A stretch of 64,000 bases of DNA from Candidatus Komeilibacteria bacterium (GCA_048538235.1 JBLYPX010000001.1:264013-328012), one strand, 5' to 3'. Positions 19,038 to 29,191 are shown, counted from the first letter of the stretch. Numbers and translations are program-made. Notes: generated by a model not told the origin, from the sequence alone.

Positions 19038-20306
19038 ATGGCTAAAATACAAAATATAAAAGCAATTGAGATTTTAGACTCTAGAGGTAATCCAACTGTA
19101 CAGGTTACTGTAGAATTAGATAATGGTTTAAAGTCTAAAGCCTCAGTTCCGTCTGGTGCATCAACCGGTGTGCATGAAGCTTTGGAATTAAGAGATGGAG
19201 ATAAGAAAAGATTTGGTGGTAAAGGGGTTTTAAAGGCAGTTAAGAATGTTAATACAACTATTAATAAATTATTAGTAGGTGAAGATATTAATGATCTGTT
19301 GAAAATAGATAGTTTAATGTTAAAACAGGATGGTACAGAGAATAAAAGTAAATTAGGTGCAAATGCAATTTTGGGAGTGTCTCTTGCCTGTGCTAGAGTT
19401 GGAGCTCTTGCTAATAATAAACCATTATTTAAACATTTAAGAGATGTATATAAATTAAATAAGAAAGGCTACAGCCTACCAACACCACTTTCTAATATTG
19501 TTAATGGTGGAGAACATGCAGATAATAATCTAGACTGGCAAGAGTTTTGGATTATACCAGTTGGTATAAAAGAATATCCTGAGGCTTTAAGAGCTTGTGC
19601 AGAAGTATTTCATACTTTAGCAAAGGAATTAAAGGCAGCTGGTCACGCTACTAATGTTGGTGATGAAGGTGGCTATGCACCACAGTTAAATAATGCTAAA
19701 GAAGTTTGGGAAGCTATTCAAAAGGCTATAAAGGATAGTGGTTATAAACCAGGTAAACATATATTCATGGGAATGGATGCAGGTTCTTCAGAGTTTTTTA
19801 ATAATGATTCAGGTATGTATGAGCTTAAAGGTGAAGGTATAACAGCTTCTAGAGAAGAGATGATTGCTATGTTTGAATCCTGGGTTAAAGATTATCCTAT
19901 TCTTGCATTAGAAGATCTGTTTGATCAAGATGATTGGGAGAGTTGGGAAAATATAACAGCAAACAAAAAGTTTGAAAATATTTCTTTAATTGGAGATGAT
20001 TTATTTGTAACTAATGTAAAAAGATTACAAAAAGGGATTGATCAAAAAGTAGCAAATGCTATTTTAATTAAAGTTAATCAAATTGGGTCTGTATCTGAAA
20101 CAATGGCAGCTATAAAACTTGCACAAGATAATAAATATAAGATAGCTATATCTCATAGAAGTGGTGAAACAACAGATGATTTTATTGCAGATTTGGCTGT
20201 AGCAGTTAATGCTGAATATATTAAAACAGGTGCAACCTCAAGAGGGGAAAGGGTTGCTAAGTATAATAGATTATTAGAAATATATAACGAAATTAATGAA
20301 AAATAA
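19038..20306 (+). CDS. eno: Enolase
   Basis: DSRGNPT, PSGASTG, GDEGG, LIKVNQIG, SHRSGET. Confidence 0.98.
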   Translation: MAKIQNIKAIEILDSRGNPTVQVTVELDNGLKSKASVPSGASTGVHEALELRDGDKKRFGGKGVLKAVKNVNTTINKLLVGEDINDLLKIDSLMLKQDGTENKSKLGANAILGVSLACARVGALANNKPLFKHLRDVYKLNKKGYSLPTPLSNIVNGGEHADNNLDWQEFWIIPVGIKEYPEALRACAEVFHTLAKELKAAGHATNVGDEGGYAPQLNNAKEVWEAIQKAIKDSGYKPGKHIFMGMDAGSSEFFNNDSGMYELKGEGITASREEMIAMFESWVKDYPILALEDLFDQDDWESWENITANKKFENISLIGDDLFVTNVKRLQKGIDQKVANAILIKVNQIGSVSETMAAIKLAQDNKYKIAISHRSGETTDDFIADLAVAVNAEYIKTGATSRGERVAKYNRLLEIYNEINEK

Positions 20307-21855
20307 TAAATATAAACCAGTAGTATTAGCTATTCTGGATGGCTGGGGTTTAACAAAACCCAGTAAAGGTAATGCCATAGCAATAGGTAATACTCCTAAT
20401 ATAGATAACTTCTGGGATAATTATCCCCATACTACGCTGCAAGCTTCTGGTAAGTATGTGGGCTTGCCACGTAATCAATTTGGTAATTCTGAAGCCGGTC
20501 ATCTTAATTTAGGTGCAGGACGTATTGTTAAACAAGATTCTGTAATTATTAACGATGCAATTAAAAGTGGAAGATTCTTTAAGAACCCAGCCTTTTTAGA
20601 TGCGCTTAAGCATGTTGAAAAAAATAAATCGAGCGTCCATGTTATGGGGCTATTATCTGGTCAAGAATCCGCACACGCTGAGAGAGGACATTTGTTAAAA
20701 CTATTAGAACTCATTGAACAACATCATGTATCTAATATTTATTTACACTTGTTTACAGATGGACGCGATGCTCCACAACACGCTGCTTTAACATTTATAC
20801 GTGAAGTACAAAAAGGATTTAAGAATGGCGAGAAGATAGTTTCTATCATGGGTAGATATTATGCAATGGATAGGAATAAGACTTGGAGTAGAACAAAGAA
20901 AGCCTATGATTTATTAACCAGTGGCGTTGGTACTGTAGTATCCAGTCCTGAAGAGGCAATTTTGCAGGCATATAATAGAAATGAAACAGATGAATATATT
21001 AGGCCAACTATTATTGCTAAGGATAATAAGTCTAAAGTAACTATTAAAGATAATGACTCAGTTTTCTTCTTTAACTTAAGATCAGACAGGGCTAGACAAT
21101 TAGCAAAGGCTTTTGTACAAAAAGATTTTGCTAAAATGAATCCTGGTTCATTTCATAGACAAAGAATTCCAAAGAATTTAAAGTTTGTTGCTATGACAGA
21201 TTTTGGCCCAGACTTGGGTGAAATATTGGTAGCTTTTCCTAGTGAAGACGTTAAAGACACCTTACCAGTTGCTTTAAAAGATTATACTCAACTATATATT
21301 TCTGAGAGTGAAAAGTTTGCACACGTTACATACTTTTTTAATGGTGGTTATGCAGACCCAGTAAATGGTGAGGCTCGTATTAAAGTACCATCACCAAAAG
21401 TAAAGTCATATGCTATGAGACCTGAAATGTCTAGTAAAGAGTTAACAGATATTGTCGTGAACAGTATTAAGGAAAAGCAATATGATTTTATTTGTATAAA
21501 TTTTCCTAATCCAGACATGATTGGTCATACTGGTAATTTATTAGCTGGTGTAAAAGCTGTTGAAGCAGTAGATAAAGCAGTTGGTAAAATATATAAAGAA
21601 ATTGCTAAGCATAAGGGTAGTTTAGTTATAGTTGCAGATCATGGTAATGCTGAAGAAATGATCAATCTTAAAACAGGTGAAGTTCATACAGAACATACTA
21701 GCAATTTAGTACCGTTTATTATTGTTAATCATAATAAATATAAATTAAAGAAGGGGAGTTTATGTAATGTAGCCCCTACCATATTAGATATGCTAGATAT
21801 TAAAAAACCAAAGTTAATGGCAGCTAATTCATTAATTACAAGTAAGCATGTTTGA
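20296..21855 (+). CDS. gpmI: 2,3-BPG-independent phosphoglycerate mutase (paralog 1)
   Basis: ILDGWG, GNSEAGH, DGRD, GRYYAMDR, DMIGHTG, ADHGNAE. Confidence 0.95.
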   Translation: MKNNKYKPVVLAILDGWGLTKPSKGNAIAIGNTPNIDNFWDNYPHTTLQASGKYVGLPRNQFGNSEAGHLNLGAGRIVKQDSVIINDAIKSGRFFKNPAFLDALKHVEKNKSSVHVMGLLSGQESAHAERGHLLKLLELIEQHHVSNIYLHLFTDGRDAPQHAALTFIREVQKGFKNGEKIVSIMGRYYAMDRNKTWSRTKKAYDLLTSGVGTVVSSPEEAILQAYNRNETDEYIRPTIIAKDNKSKVTIKDNDSVFFFNLRSDRARQLAKAFVQKDFAKMNPGSFHRQRIPKNLKFVAMTDFGPDLGEILVAFPSEDVKDTLPVALKDYTQLYISESEKFAHVTYFFNGGYADPVNGEARIKVPSPKVKSYAMRPEMSSKELTDIVVNSIKEKQYDFICINFPNPDMIGHTGNLLAGVKAVEAVDKAVGKIYKEIAKHKGSLVIVADHGNAEEMINLKTGEVHTEHTSNLVPFIIVNHNKYKLKKGSLCNVAPTILDMLDIKKPKLMAANSLITSKHV

Positions 21856-23425
21856 AGATAGACCAAAGCCAGTTGTTTTAATGATTCTAGATGGTTGGGG
21901 AGCAGCACCGGCTGCTAAAGCTAATGCCATAGAACTTGCTAAAACGCCTAATTTGGACAGTTATGTCCTAAAATACCCAGTTGTAACCCTTCAAGCCTCT
22001 GGTGAGTCTGTAGGCCTTTCTTGGGGCGAAATGGGCAATTCAGAGGTGGGACATTTATCTTTAGGCAGTGGTACTATTATTTACCAGAGCTTACCTCGTA
22101 TAACTAGATCTATTGCTGATGGTTCATTTTATTCTAATGAGGAATTTTTAGCAGCTTGTAAGCATGCTAAAGATAATAATAGTTCATTACATTTAGTTGG
22201 ATTATTATCTGACGGAAGTGTTCATAGCTATAATGAGCACTTGTATGCATTATTAGAAGTCGCTAAACAACAAGATGTAGATAATGTATTTATTCATGTA
22301 ATTTTAGACGGTAGAGATACTTCATACAATTCTGGTGAAAAGTTTATTGCTAAATTGGAAGATAAGATAAATACAATTGGTGTTGGAAAAATTGCAACCA
22401 TTTCTGGTAGATATTATGCCATGGATAGAGATAATCATTGGGAAAGAATTAGTAAAACATATGCTGCAATGACAAAAGGCGAGGGAAGTACTGTTAAGAC
22501 AGCTAGTGAGGCAATTGCCGCGTCATATGCTAAAGGTGTTTATGATGAGGAGTTTGTGCCAGTAGTTATTGCAGATGGTCAGGCAAATATTGTTAAAGAT
22601 AAAGATTCGATAATATTTTTTAATTATAGAGCAGATAGAGCCAGAGAATTAAGCAAGGCTTTTGTTTTACCAAGTTTTGATAAACTTGATTGTGAAAGAG
22701 AGTATTTCCCAGATCTATATTTTGTTGCTATGACAGAGTATGAAAAAGATTTACCTATTAAGGTTGCTTTTCCACCTATCGCTATTGAAGAGCCACTAGC
22801 TAAGGTTATATCTCAAGCCGGTTTAAAACAATTGCATATTGCAGAAACAGAAAAATATGCTCACGTTACATTCTTTTTTAATGGTGGTAAAGAGGAAGAG
22901 TATGAAGGTGAAGATAGGGTTTTAATACCATCACCAAGAATACCTTCATATGATCAACAACCTAAGATGAGTGCAGATAAAGTAACAGAGAGTGTAATTA
23001 AGGAAATTAAAGCAGATAAGTATGATTTTATTGTACTTAACTTTGCCAACGGAGATATGGTCGGTCATACAGGTAATATTAAAGCAACAATTGAAGCGGT
23101 TGAGTATATAGATGCATCAGTTTCTAAGATAGTTGATGTTATTTTGGAAAAAGACGGCGTAGCTTTAATTACGGCTGATCATGGTAATGCTGAAGAGTTA
23201 TTTAATTTACAAACGGGTGAGATGGTAAAAGAACATTCAGTAAACCCTGTACCGTTATATATAATTGCTAATCAATTAGAGGGTAAAGCAATTCTGCCAG
23301 GCGTAACTCCTCAGAATTTAGCAAGTCAAGTACCGACTGGAATTTTATCCGACGTAGCACCAACAATAATTAAAATAATGAAATTAAAAAAGCCCGACCA
23401 AATGACTGGTACGAGCTTAATATAG
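21848..23425 (+). CDS. gpmI: 2,3-BPG-independent phosphoglycerate mutase (paralog 2)
   Basis: ILDGWG, GNSEVGH, ETEKYAHVTFF, DMVGHTG, ADHGNAE. Confidence 0.95.
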   Translation: MFEDRPKPVVLMILDGWGAAPAAKANAIELAKTPNLDSYVLKYPVVTLQASGESVGLSWGEMGNSEVGHLSLGSGTIIYQSLPRITRSIADGSFYSNEEFLAACKHAKDNNSSLHLVGLLSDGSVHSYNEHLYALLEVAKQQDVDNVFIHVILDGRDTSYNSGEKFIAKLEDKINTIGVGKIATISGRYYAMDRDNHWERISKTYAAMTKGEGSTVKTASEAIAASYAKGVYDEEFVPVVIADGQANIVKDKDSIIFFNYRADRARELSKAFVLPSFDKLDCEREYFPDLYFVAMTEYEKDLPIKVAFPPIAIEEPLAKVISQAGLKQLHIAETEKYAHVTFFFNGGKEEEYEGEDRVLIPSPRIPSYDQQPKMSADKVTESVIKEIKADKYDFIVLNFANGDMVGHTGNIKATIEAVEYIDASVSKIVDVILEKDGVALITADHGNAEELFNLQTGEMVKEHSVNPVPLYIIANQLEGKAILPGVTPQNLASQVPTGILSDVAPTIIKIMKLKKPDQMTGTSLI

Positions 23426-23437
23426 TTTAAGGTTTGT

Positions 23438-23851
23438 TTAGAACAATAGCCAAGTAAGACCAATACCGATAATAATTCCAACTATAACTTCACTTAGACT
23501 ATGACCAGTTCTTTCATTAAGTAAAGGATATTTATATTCTTGTTTATCTGGCAATTCTTTAATAAGTTTATTTAAGATATTACCTTGGAAACCAATTTGA
23601 TGCCTAGTTGTAAAAGCATCCCAGATAACTATCATAGCAATAGCTAATGCTAATACAAAGATAGGGGATTCTGGGCCAGCTGTTAAATAGATTACTGTAG
23701 CAGCAGAAGAGGCAAAGGATGAATGAGATGAAGGCATACCACCATTACTAGTTAGGTGATTCCAAGAGAAATTTCCTTTAATAGTTTCAATAATTAGTTT
23801 TAATAATTGATTTGCAACTAAAACAATAATAGGTATTAAGTAAATTGGCAT
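23438..23851 (-). CDS. Divergent PAP2 family protein (DUF212)
   Basis: GGMPSSHS, IVIWDA..R, GH...EV..G. Confidence 0.9.
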   Translation of the reverse strand: MPIYLIPIIVLVANQLLKLIIETIKGNFSWNHLTSNGGMPSSHSSFASSAATVIYLTAGPESPIFVLALAIAMIVIWDAFTTRHQIGFQGNILNKLIKELPDKQEYKYPLLNERTGHSLSEVIVGIIIGIGLTWLLF

Positions 23852-23869
23852 ATATTTAATTAAATATTT

Positions 23870-24679
23870 ATGAATACATTATACATTATAATCAGTGGAA
23901 TAATCCAGGCCTTAACGGAATTTTTACCAATTTCTAGCTCAGGTCATTTAGTTATTTGGCATAATATTATTTCATCACCTGTTAATGCTTTAGATTTAGA
24001 TATAATTTTACATTTAGGTTCAGTGCTAGCATTGATTGTGTTTTTTAGAAAAGATATTATTAAAATCTTAAAAGAATGGTTTATATCTTTTTCAGGAAAG
24101 GTAACAGCTTATAGTAGATTAGGTTGGTTATTAATATTATCTACTATACCAGCGGGCCTAGTTGGTTTCTTTGCAGAAGATATAATCACTAATATATTTA
24201 GGTCTATGTACTGGGTAATAGCTATGCTCATTATTGTTAGTTTTATTTTTATTATTGTTGAGAAAAAAATAAAAACCAATAATGATGTGTTTACTATTGG
24301 AATTAAGGAAGCAATATATATTGGACTCGCACAATGTTTAGCTTTAATACCAGGAACTTCTAGATCTGGTATTACAATTGTTACGGGAATGCTCTGTAAA
24401 CTAAAACGAGCAGAAGCTGCTCGTTATTCTTTTCTCTTAGCTATCCCAATTATATTGGGTGCTAGTATTCGTGGTTTAATGATGATTGCTAGCCAGGGCA
24501 CGACAAGTAGTAGCATGATAATGCTGGGTACTGGATTGTTCATAAGTTTTATTTTTAGTTTTTTTGTTATTAAATTTTTATTACAGTTTTTGAATAATCA
24601 TTCGCTTAAGGTTTTTGCCTATTACCGTTTAGCTTTAGCGCTTGTTCTAATTATTCTATTAACTGTAGGAGTGATTTAG
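23870..24679 (+). CDS. uppP: Undecaprenyl-diphosphate phosphatase
   Basis: TEFLPISSSGH and PGTSRSG. Confidence 0.95.
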   Translation: MNTLYIIISGIIQALTEFLPISSSGHLVIWHNIISSPVNALDLDIILHLGSVLALIVFFRKDIIKILKEWFISFSGKVTAYSRLGWLLILSTIPAGLVGFFAEDIITNIFRSMYWVIAMLIIVSFIFIIVEKKIKTNNDVFTIGIKEAIYIGLAQCLALIPGTSRSGITIVTGMLCKLKRAEAARYSFLLAIPIILGASIRGLMMIASQGTTSSSMIMLGTGLFISFIFSFFVIKFLLQFLNNHSLKVFAYYRLALALVLIILLTVGVI

Positions 24680-25246
24680 TAATATGGTATTGCTTTGAAT
24701 GAATTCACTAAATCCTTCAGATAATCTTAGTACTGGTTGAGCTCCAAATATTTGTACAATTATTGTTTCAAGATTACCATCAATATCTCCCTGCATTACA
24801 ACGAGTCCTATCTCGTTGTATTTTTCATTTAAAATATTTTCTTTATGCTTAGGTGAATCCATCCAAGCTTTCATAACATCTTTATTAGTAGCAAAACCGA
24901 TAGCTAGATTCTCACCAATTATTTGGAAATTATATCCAGATTCAATTATCCATTCAGAGAACTGTTTACCAGCTGGTGAATTATGTGAGAAGTAATCATG
25001 TTGAATTAAATGTTTAGCCTTACTAGTAGCAGCGTTTGTTAATTTATTATTAACTGTTAATGGATTCAAGCCTTTAATATCTCTAATCTCATTTGTTAAT
25101 ATAATTAAATCCTGACTATTAATTTCTGTTTCTAATATGCTAGGGGATTGAGATCTACCAGGAGTAACAAAAAACAGTAAGCAAATAGCACTTACTGTGA
25201 CAGCAATACTTACAATAAAGCTTGTTTTATTATTTAAAATATTCAT
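24659..25246 (-). CDS. Exported CAP/SCP domain protein
   Basis: N-terminal TM, LTN.IR, YFSH, GENLA, AWMDSPKHKENIL; start taken at MNILNN. Confidence 0.85.
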   Translation of the reverse strand: MNILNNKTSFIVSIAVTVSAICLLFFVTPGRSQSPSILETEINSQDLIILTNEIRDIKGLNPLTVNNKLTNAATSKAKHLIQHDYFSHNSPAGKQFSEWIIESGYNFQIIGENLAIGFATNKDVMKAWMDSPKHKENILNEKYNEIGLVVMQGDIDGNLETIIVQIFGAQPVLRLSEGFSEFIQSNTILLNHSYS

Positions 25247-25422
25247 TTGTTTTTTGTTTTTGTTTTTTTGCGCTAATTTTCTACGCAACATAAAAAGCCC
25301 GCTTTGAGGGCTTTTATACATACATCTTAGCACATATTTCATAAAAAGTCAAGTGAATTATTACTATAAGATGTTATCTAATCATATAGCGCAAATCATG
25401 TCAATTGCGGTATAATATATTC

Positions 25423-26058
25423 ATGGAGGATATATCTCAAGACAATTTAATAAATTATTTAAAAGGTAAGGGTGTTTTAAATTCTGAAAGGATTGAAAGT
25501 GCTATTAGAAAAGTGAAGAGAGAAGATTTTGTTAATGTTAATAGTAGAACTGAAGCATATATTGATCATCCTTTAAGTATTGGTTTTGGACAGACCATTT
25601 CTCAACCAAGTACGGTTGTGTTTATGCTTGAGCAATTAAAAATTGAAATAGGAGATAATGTTTTAGATGTTGGCTGTGGTTCTGGTTGGCAATTAGCTTT
25701 ATTGGCTGACCTGGTTGGAGATGGTGGTAGAGTAACTGGTATTGAGATTATTAAAGATTTAGCAATTAAGGCAAGGAATAATATTGCTAAGTATAATTTT
25801 AATAATATACAAATAGTTAATGGTGATGGTAATAATGGTTTTTCAATTAATGCACCTTTTGATAAAATTGTTTGTGCTTGCGCTACTAAAGGTGAAATAC
25901 CAAAAGCGTTACTTGAACAATTGCGCCTAGGTGGCATGCTAATGATACCAGTGGGTGATGGAATTCAAGATTTACTACTGATCAAAAAAATTGGTCATGA
26001 TAGATTTGAGAAAAAAAGATTTCCAGGGTTTATGTTTGTACCCTTTGTTAAAAAATAA
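25423..26058 (+). CDS. pcm: Protein-L-isoaspartate O-methyltransferase
   Basis: GQTISQP, VLDVGCGSGW, APFDKI, FVP; ATG 25423 follows TATAAT. Confidence 0.93.
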   Translation: MEDISQDNLINYLKGKGVLNSERIESAIRKVKREDFVNVNSRTEAYIDHPLSIGFGQTISQPSTVVFMLEQLKIEIGDNVLDVGCGSGWQLALLADLVGDGGRVTGIEIIKDLAIKARNNIAKYNFNNIQIVNGDGNNGFSINAPFDKIVCACATKGEIPKALLEQLRLGGMLMIPVGDGIQDLLLIKKIGHDRFEKKRFPGFMFVPFVKK

Positions 26059-26067
26059 TATATATAA

Positions 26068-27084
26068 ATGATAACAGAATACAAAAAGAAAAAGTTTGAA
26101 TTAAATAAATTTCTATTAATTCTTTTTTTAATTATACTTGTTTGGTTTTTTGGCTCAGCACTTTTTAATAATAATGAGTCTGGTGAAATGGAATTATTTG
26201 TTATACAACCAGGTGAATCTGTTTCCAGCATTGCTAATAGATTGCAAGAAAAAGATTTAATAGATTCAGAGTTTGGTTTTAAAGCATATTTGCAATTAAC
26301 AGATAAGGGTTCTGAATTAAAAGCGGGCGAGCACTATTTATCTACAAAGATGAGTGTGAAGGAAATTGTAGAGACTTTAATGATTGCTTCGTCGCAACCA
26401 GACACGCAGATAACTATTATTGAGGGTTGGAGTAATTTAGATATAGCGGAATATTTAAATGTAAATTTAGGTATTAAGGTGAATGATTTTATTGCAGCCA
26501 CTACTAGAGATTATTCAGATTATACTTTTTTACCAAGTAGAAATATTGAAGATTATTTACAAGGATATTTATTTCCAGATACCTATCGCATATTACCAGA
26601 TGCAAGTTCTGAGGATATTGTTGGTAAAATGTTAGATACATTTGAAACTAAAGTTTATGTGCCAAATTTATCTATCATACAAAAGAGTTCTATGGATTTG
26701 CATGATATTTTAACATTAGCGTCTATTGTAGAAATGGAAGTAAGTTCAGAAGCAGATAGAAAATTAGTGGCAGATATATTTTTAAGAAGATTAGCTGACA
26801 ATTATCCACTACAGTCTGATGCTACAGTAAATTATGTGACAAAATCTGGCAGAGCTCAATCTACTATTAATGATACAAAGATAGATTCACCATATAATAC
26901 ATATAAATATTCTGGTTTACCACCAGGACCAATAGGAAATCCAAGTATTTCATCAATTAAAGCTGTTCTAAACCCAGTAACTAATACATATTATTTCTTT
27001 TTAACTACCAAGGATGACGGTAGGGTAATATATAGTAGAACATATGATGAACATCTACAAAATAAAGCTAAGTATTTAGACTAA
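26068..27084 (+). CDS. mltG: Endolytic transglycosylase MltG (YceG)
   Basis: GYLFPDTY, ASIVEME, LQSDAT, SPYNTY..GLPPGPI. Confidence 0.95.
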   Translation: MITEYKKKKFELNKFLLILFLIILVWFFGSALFNNNESGEMELFVIQPGESVSSIANRLQEKDLIDSEFGFKAYLQLTDKGSELKAGEHYLSTKMSVKEIVETLMIASSQPDTQITIIEGWSNLDIAEYLNVNLGIKVNDFIAATTRDYSDYTFLPSRNIEDYLQGYLFPDTYRILPDASSEDIVGKMLDTFETKVYVPNLSIIQKSSMDLHDILTLASIVEMEVSSEADRKLVADIFLRRLADNYPLQSDATVNYVTKSGRAQSTINDTKIDSPYNTYKYSGLPPGPIGNPSISSIKAVLNPVTNTYYFFLTTKDDGRVIYSRTYDEHLQNKAKYLD

Positions 27085-27089
27085 TATAT

Positions 27090-27440
27090 ATGAAAAAGTT
27101 TTTTACAATTCTTTTCGTAACATTTGGCGTTTTATTCTTAATTGAGATTATTATTGTTGCTTATTTATTTTTAGCAGACCCTTTTGGTATAAAGGAAATG
27201 TTACCAAGTATGGATACGACAGCTAATAATCAGGCGGTAGATCAACACCCTTTACTTGATGCATCTCAAGAAAAGATTTTATCTACTTTGGGTGTAGATG
27301 TAGCTAATTTACCAACAGAAATGACACCAGAACTGCAAAGTTGTTTAACAGAAGCAGTTGGTGCAGATAGAGCTAAAGAAATTATGGAAGGTGCGACACC
27401 TGGTGTAATGGATGTTATAAAAGCAAAATCCTGTTTATAA
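27090..27440 (+). CDS. Hypothetical membrane-anchored protein
   Basis: N-terminal TM and two Cys in the C-terminal domain. Confidence 0.75.
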   Translation: MKKFFTILFVTFGVLFLIEIIIVAYLFLADPFGIKEMLPSMDTTANNQAVDQHPLLDASQEKILSTLGVDVANLPTEMTPELQSCLTEAVGADRAKEIMEGATPGVMDVIKAKSCL

Positions 27441-27460
27441 TTTAAAATAAAATTAAATTC

Positions 27461-27492
27461 AAAACCCCGCCAAGTTTCTTGGCGGGGTTTTT
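27461..27492. terminator. Bidirectional intrinsic terminator
   Basis: AAAACCCCGCCAAG-TTT-CTTGGCGGGGTTTT between convergent genes. Confidence 0.85.
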
Positions 27493-27507
27493 CCATGTTT
27501 TGGACTG

Positions 27508-27897
27508 TTAAGTGAATGTTGCGCGATTCTTGTTGGCGTATTCACGGGTAGAGACGGTTTGAACGTAGGATGAAGCGATGTAGGAAATTTCGATGGCCGA
27601 TATGGCACATTCACCTCCATTTCCTGAGTACGCCAGCAGAGGGATCATCATGGTATTGTTGCCAGGATACAGGCTTGTAACATTTTCAAAAGATGACAGG
27701 CTGGAGACAATTTGAACGGCCGGAATGGCACTGACCTCCTGAGAAATTTTCTCCGCATTGCTGGTTTCCGCGACAACGATGTCTTGCTTTACAAAGCTCG
27801 CTGCAGACTCCGCAGGTGACGCTTTGTTATTACCGAAAAGACTTCCGGTAATCAGAAGCAAGGGTAGAACAAGAGCTGTGATTAATTTCTTAATCAT
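27508..27897 (-). CDS. Hypothetical exported protein (orphan cassette, visibly more GC-rich)
   Basis: Signal-peptide-like MIKKLITALVLPLLL; GGAGG SD; TGTTCTTTAACC upstream. Confidence 0.6.
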   Translation of the reverse strand: MIKKLITALVLPLLLITGSLFGNNKASPAESAASFVKQDIVVAETSNAEKISQEVSAIPAVQIVSSLSSFENVTSLYPGNNTMMIPLLAYSGNGGECAISAIEISYIASSYVQTVSTREYANKNRATFT

Positions 27898-28040
27898 TTT
27901 GACCTCCATTTCTACGGTTAAAGAACAAAAAACGGTATCAATTCCGTTGTATATAGTCTAACATTATATATATTATTTTTGAAGTGGATAAATTAAAAAC
28001 CCTCTCAATATTATATTAAAAGGGTTTTTAAGTTTGAGGG

Positions 28041-28250
28041 TTAGGTTGCATGTTCATATTTTTCCTCTTTTATTTTGCAGAAAGGACAGGGGATAGGTTG
28101 GGCTTTTATATACCCAACTCCTTTGCAGTGATTACAGAGTCTATTGTTAATAGCTCTATAACCACAACACTTTGGACAGCGCGATTGGTCAGTATATATG
28201 CCAGTATTTCGGCACATATCGCAGTATAGGGGTTTTGCTATTTTATGCAT
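28041..28250 (-). CDS. Stand-alone DnaJ-type zinc-finger mini-protein (69 aa)
   Basis: CDMCRNTG, CPKCCG, CNHCKGVG, CPFC; AAGGAGG SD before ATG 28250. Confidence 0.7.
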   Translation of the reverse strand: MHKIAKPLYCDMCRNTGIYTDQSRCPKCCGYRAINNRLCNHCKGVGYIKAQPIPCPFCKIKEEKYEHAT

Positions 28251-28355
28251 TTTAACCTCCTTTCTAGCAATACCATCTGCTAATTTGAAGATAGCACTTA
28301 AATAGTATCCGGTCAAAGTGTTGACAGATATTAGTAAATAATATATACTATTTTT

Positions 28356-28459
28356 ACCGTAGAAAGTGAGTGGTCGCCAAAGGCCTTAAATATCTCATTT
28401 AGGTAAATAAATAGCTACTTTAAGCTATGTTTATATCTACGGTTTATCCGTAGTTTTTT
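28356..28459 (+). promoter_or_regulatory. L10 leader-like autoregulatory RNA with overlapping terminator
   Basis: ACCGTAGA...TCTACGGT closing stem, AGTGAG/CTCATT, GGCC-TTAAA, TAGG; alternative CTACGG-TTTA-TCCGTAG-T6; TTGACA promoter at 28321; lies upstream of rplJ-rplL. Confidence 0.72.
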
Positions 28460-28469
28460 AATTATATTT

Positions 28470-28598
28470 ATGGATCAACAGGAAAAAATTATATTTAGCT
28501 CAATTTTAATTAGCTATACACTAATAGTTATTGGTGTTTGGGAGTATATTATTCAGCCAGTAGTAAGTTTTGCTAAAGAGATTATTTCACTTTATTAA
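28470..28598 (+). CDS. Unannotated 42-aa hydrophobic small ORF
   Basis: MDQQEKIIFSSILISYTLIVIGVWEYIIQPVVSFAKEIISLY*, fills the gap between leader and rplJ. Confidence 0.45.
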   Translation: MDQQEKIIFSSILISYTLIVIGVWEYIIQPVVSFAKEIISLY

Positions 28599-28616
28599 TT
28601 ATATATATAAAATAAT

Positions 28617-29150
28617 ATGCCAAAAACAAGAGAACAAAAGAAAGTAGCTATTGATGAATTAGCAGATAAAATAGTAAGAGCAAAGAGTATTATATTTACT
28701 TCATATGCTGGACTAGATGTTCCTGGTATTGAAGAATTAAGAGCAAAATTTCGTGAACAAGGTGTTGAGTATAAAGCTGGTAATAAGAATTTAATAAACA
28801 TTGCTCTAGATAATGCTAAGATTGAACATGAAGATATTACTAAATTAGAAGGAAGTATTGCAGCTGCATTTAGTACTGAAGATGAAGTTTCAGCAGCTAA
28901 GCTAGCTAAAGACTTTTCTAAAACTAATAAGAATTTAGGAATCAGAGCTGGTATTTTAAAGATCGGAGATGATTGGAAGTATTTATCTGAAGCAGAGGTT
29001 ATGAATTTAGCAAATCTACCTAGCCGTGAAGAATTATTAGCTAAGGTAGTTGGATCTATTAAGGCTCCTGTAACTGGCTTTGTAAATGTATTAGCTGGTA
29101 ATATGAGAGGCTTGGTAAACGTATTAAATGCGATTAAAGATACAAAGTAA
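28617..29150 (+). CDS. rplJ: 50S ribosomal protein L10
   Basis: KT..QK, Y.GL.V...ELR, LANLPSREELLAK; adjacent to rplL. Confidence 0.95.
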   Translation: MPKTREQKKVAIDELADKIVRAKSIIFTSYAGLDVPGIEELRAKFREQGVEYKAGNKNLINIALDNAKIEHEDITKLEGSIAAAFSTEDEVSAAKLAKDFSKTNKNLGIRAGILKIGDDWKYLSEAEVMNLANLPSREELLAKVVGSIKAPVTGFVNVLAGNMRGLVNVLNAIKDTK

Positions 29151-29191
29151 TTTGTATATTAATATATTAATAAATATTTAAGAAAAATATT

